Part shown: positions 62,612 through 64,000 of the stretch, piece after piece
How the letters are laid out: every line of letters begins with the position of its first letter
Numbering within the stretch: position 1 is the first letter of the stretch
Assembly (NCBI GenBank): GCA_030390025.1
Contig: CM059452.1
Span: 7,378,001 to 7,442,000, forward strand
Direction: 5' to 3'
Origin: Squalus acanthias
Lineage: Eukaryota
DNA: 64,000 nucleotides
Made by a program: the position numbers and the translations under genes
The notes under the pieces: generated by a model
Told to the model about the DNA's origin: nothing
Databases searched by the model: none
The model's input: only the letters and a program-made list of their open reading frames with translations

Positions 62612-63895
62612 TACATAGAATCTACAACACAGAAACAGGTCACTCGGCCCAACAGGTCGGTGTTTATGCTCCACATGAGCCTCCTCTCTCCCTACTTCAT
62701 CTCCCCATCAACATAACCTTCTATTCCTTTCTCCCTCCTGTACTTATCTAGATTCCCCTGAAACGCATCTATGCTGTTCGCCTCAACTACTCCATGTGGT
62801 AGCGAGTTCCACATTCTACCCACTCTCTGGGTAAAGAAGTTTCTCCTGAATTCCCTATTGGATTTATTAGTGATTATCTTATATTTATGGCCCCTAGTAT
62901 CGGGCTCCTCCTCAAGCAGAAATATTTTCTCTACGTCTAACCTTTCAACCCCCTTCATAATTTTAAAGACCTCTATTAGGTCACCCCTCAGCCTTCTCTT
63001 TTCTAGAGAAAAGATCCCAAGCCCGTTCAATCATTCTTGACAGTTACAATTTTTCAGTTCTGTGTTCGTCCTTGTCAATCAGTTTTGCACTTCTCCAGTG
63101 CCTCTGTATCATTCTTATAATATGGAAATCAGACCTGTACACAGTACACTAAGTGTGAATATGGAGACCAGACCTGTACACAGTACTCTAAGTGTGATAT
63201 GGAGACCAGACCTGTACACAGTACTCTAAGTGTGATATGGAGACCAGACCTGTACACAGTACTCTCAGTGTGATATGGAGACCAGATCTGTACACAGTAC
63301 TCTAAGTGTGATATGGAGACCAGACCTGTACACAGTACTCTAAGTGTGATATGGAGACCAGACCTGTGCACAGTACTCTAAGTGTGATATGGAGACCAGA
63401 CCTGTGCACAGTACACTAAGTGTGATATGGAGACCAGACCTGTACACAGTACTCTAAGTGTGATATGGAGACCAGACCTGTACACAGTACTCTAAGTGTG
63501 ATATGGAGACCAGACCTGTACACAGTACTCTCAGTGTGATATGGAGACCAGACCTGTACACAGTACTCTCAGTGTGATATGGAGACCAGACCTGTACACA
63601 GTACTCTAAGTGTGATATGGAGACCAGACCTGTACACAGTACTCTAAGTGTGATATGGAGACCAGACCTGTGCACAGTACTCTAAGTGTGATATGGAGAC
63701 CAGACCTGTGCACAGTACTCTAAGTGTGATATGGAGACCAGACCTGTGCACAGTACTCTAAGTGTGATATTGTGACCATCCTGTGCACAGTACTCTAAGT
63801 GTGATATGGAGACCAGACCTGTGCACGGCACTCTAAGTCTGGTCTAACCAAAGTTGTATAGAAGTTGAACATAACTTCTCTGCTTTTCACAGTTT
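62612..63895 (-). mobile_element. CR1 LINE fragment containing an internal 38-bp tandem expansion
   Basis: FSLEKRRLRGDLIEVFK..FFTQRV motifs. CR1 sequence resumes after the repeat. Confidence 0.85.
63121..63845. repeat. 38-bp minisatellite (about 18-19 copies) derived from CR1 coding sequence
   Basis: Unit TATGGAGACCAGACCTGTACACAGTACTCTAAGTGTGA; the reverse strand encodes HLEYCVQVWSPY. Confidence 0.92.
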
Positions 63896-64000
63896 TCCCC
63901 TGTATCCCACAACACTAACCTCGCATTTCGACGCTCCAGTCCGAATCACTTCGTCGAACCTGGCAGTAGATTGTGCTGCTCCCCACCTCTGACTCGGTGA

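Overview
Eukaryotic genomic DNA from a cartilaginous fish (shark-like), covering an antigen-receptor region. 0.15-9.3 kb is a 27-bp minisatellite interrupted by CR1 LINEs and a Penelope-type fragment carrying a hammerhead ribozyme. 10.8-29.8 kb is a dense cluster of T-cell receptor alpha/delta-type V gene segments in mixed orientation: 6 with open frames and 8 pseudogenes or relics. The complete segments have a leader exon, a V exon and a 23(24)-bp-spacer RSS, and several carry CTCF motifs next to the RSS. 33.7-62.5 kb is the 3' part of an apparently intact IgM heavy-chain gene on the minus strand: Cmu2, Cmu3, Cmu4 with secretory tail, TM1 and TM2, with both poly(A) sites. Cmu1 and V-D-J lie beyond the window. 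The IgM introns are expanded by RTE, CR1, L2, Penelope and DeuSINE elements and by an 8.6-kb G-rich 52-bp array. Highlights: (i) an intact IgM constant region ends about 4 kb from TCR V segments, with inverted Vs lying 3' of C-mu; (ii) an open-frame V with a good RSS lacks the canonical Cys23 and Trp41; (iii) an RSS+CTCF module is shared between different V families; (iv) minimal hammerhead ribozymes occur in Penelope repeats; (v) a satellite has arisen from a LINE coding motif. All calls are by eye; no database searches were run.
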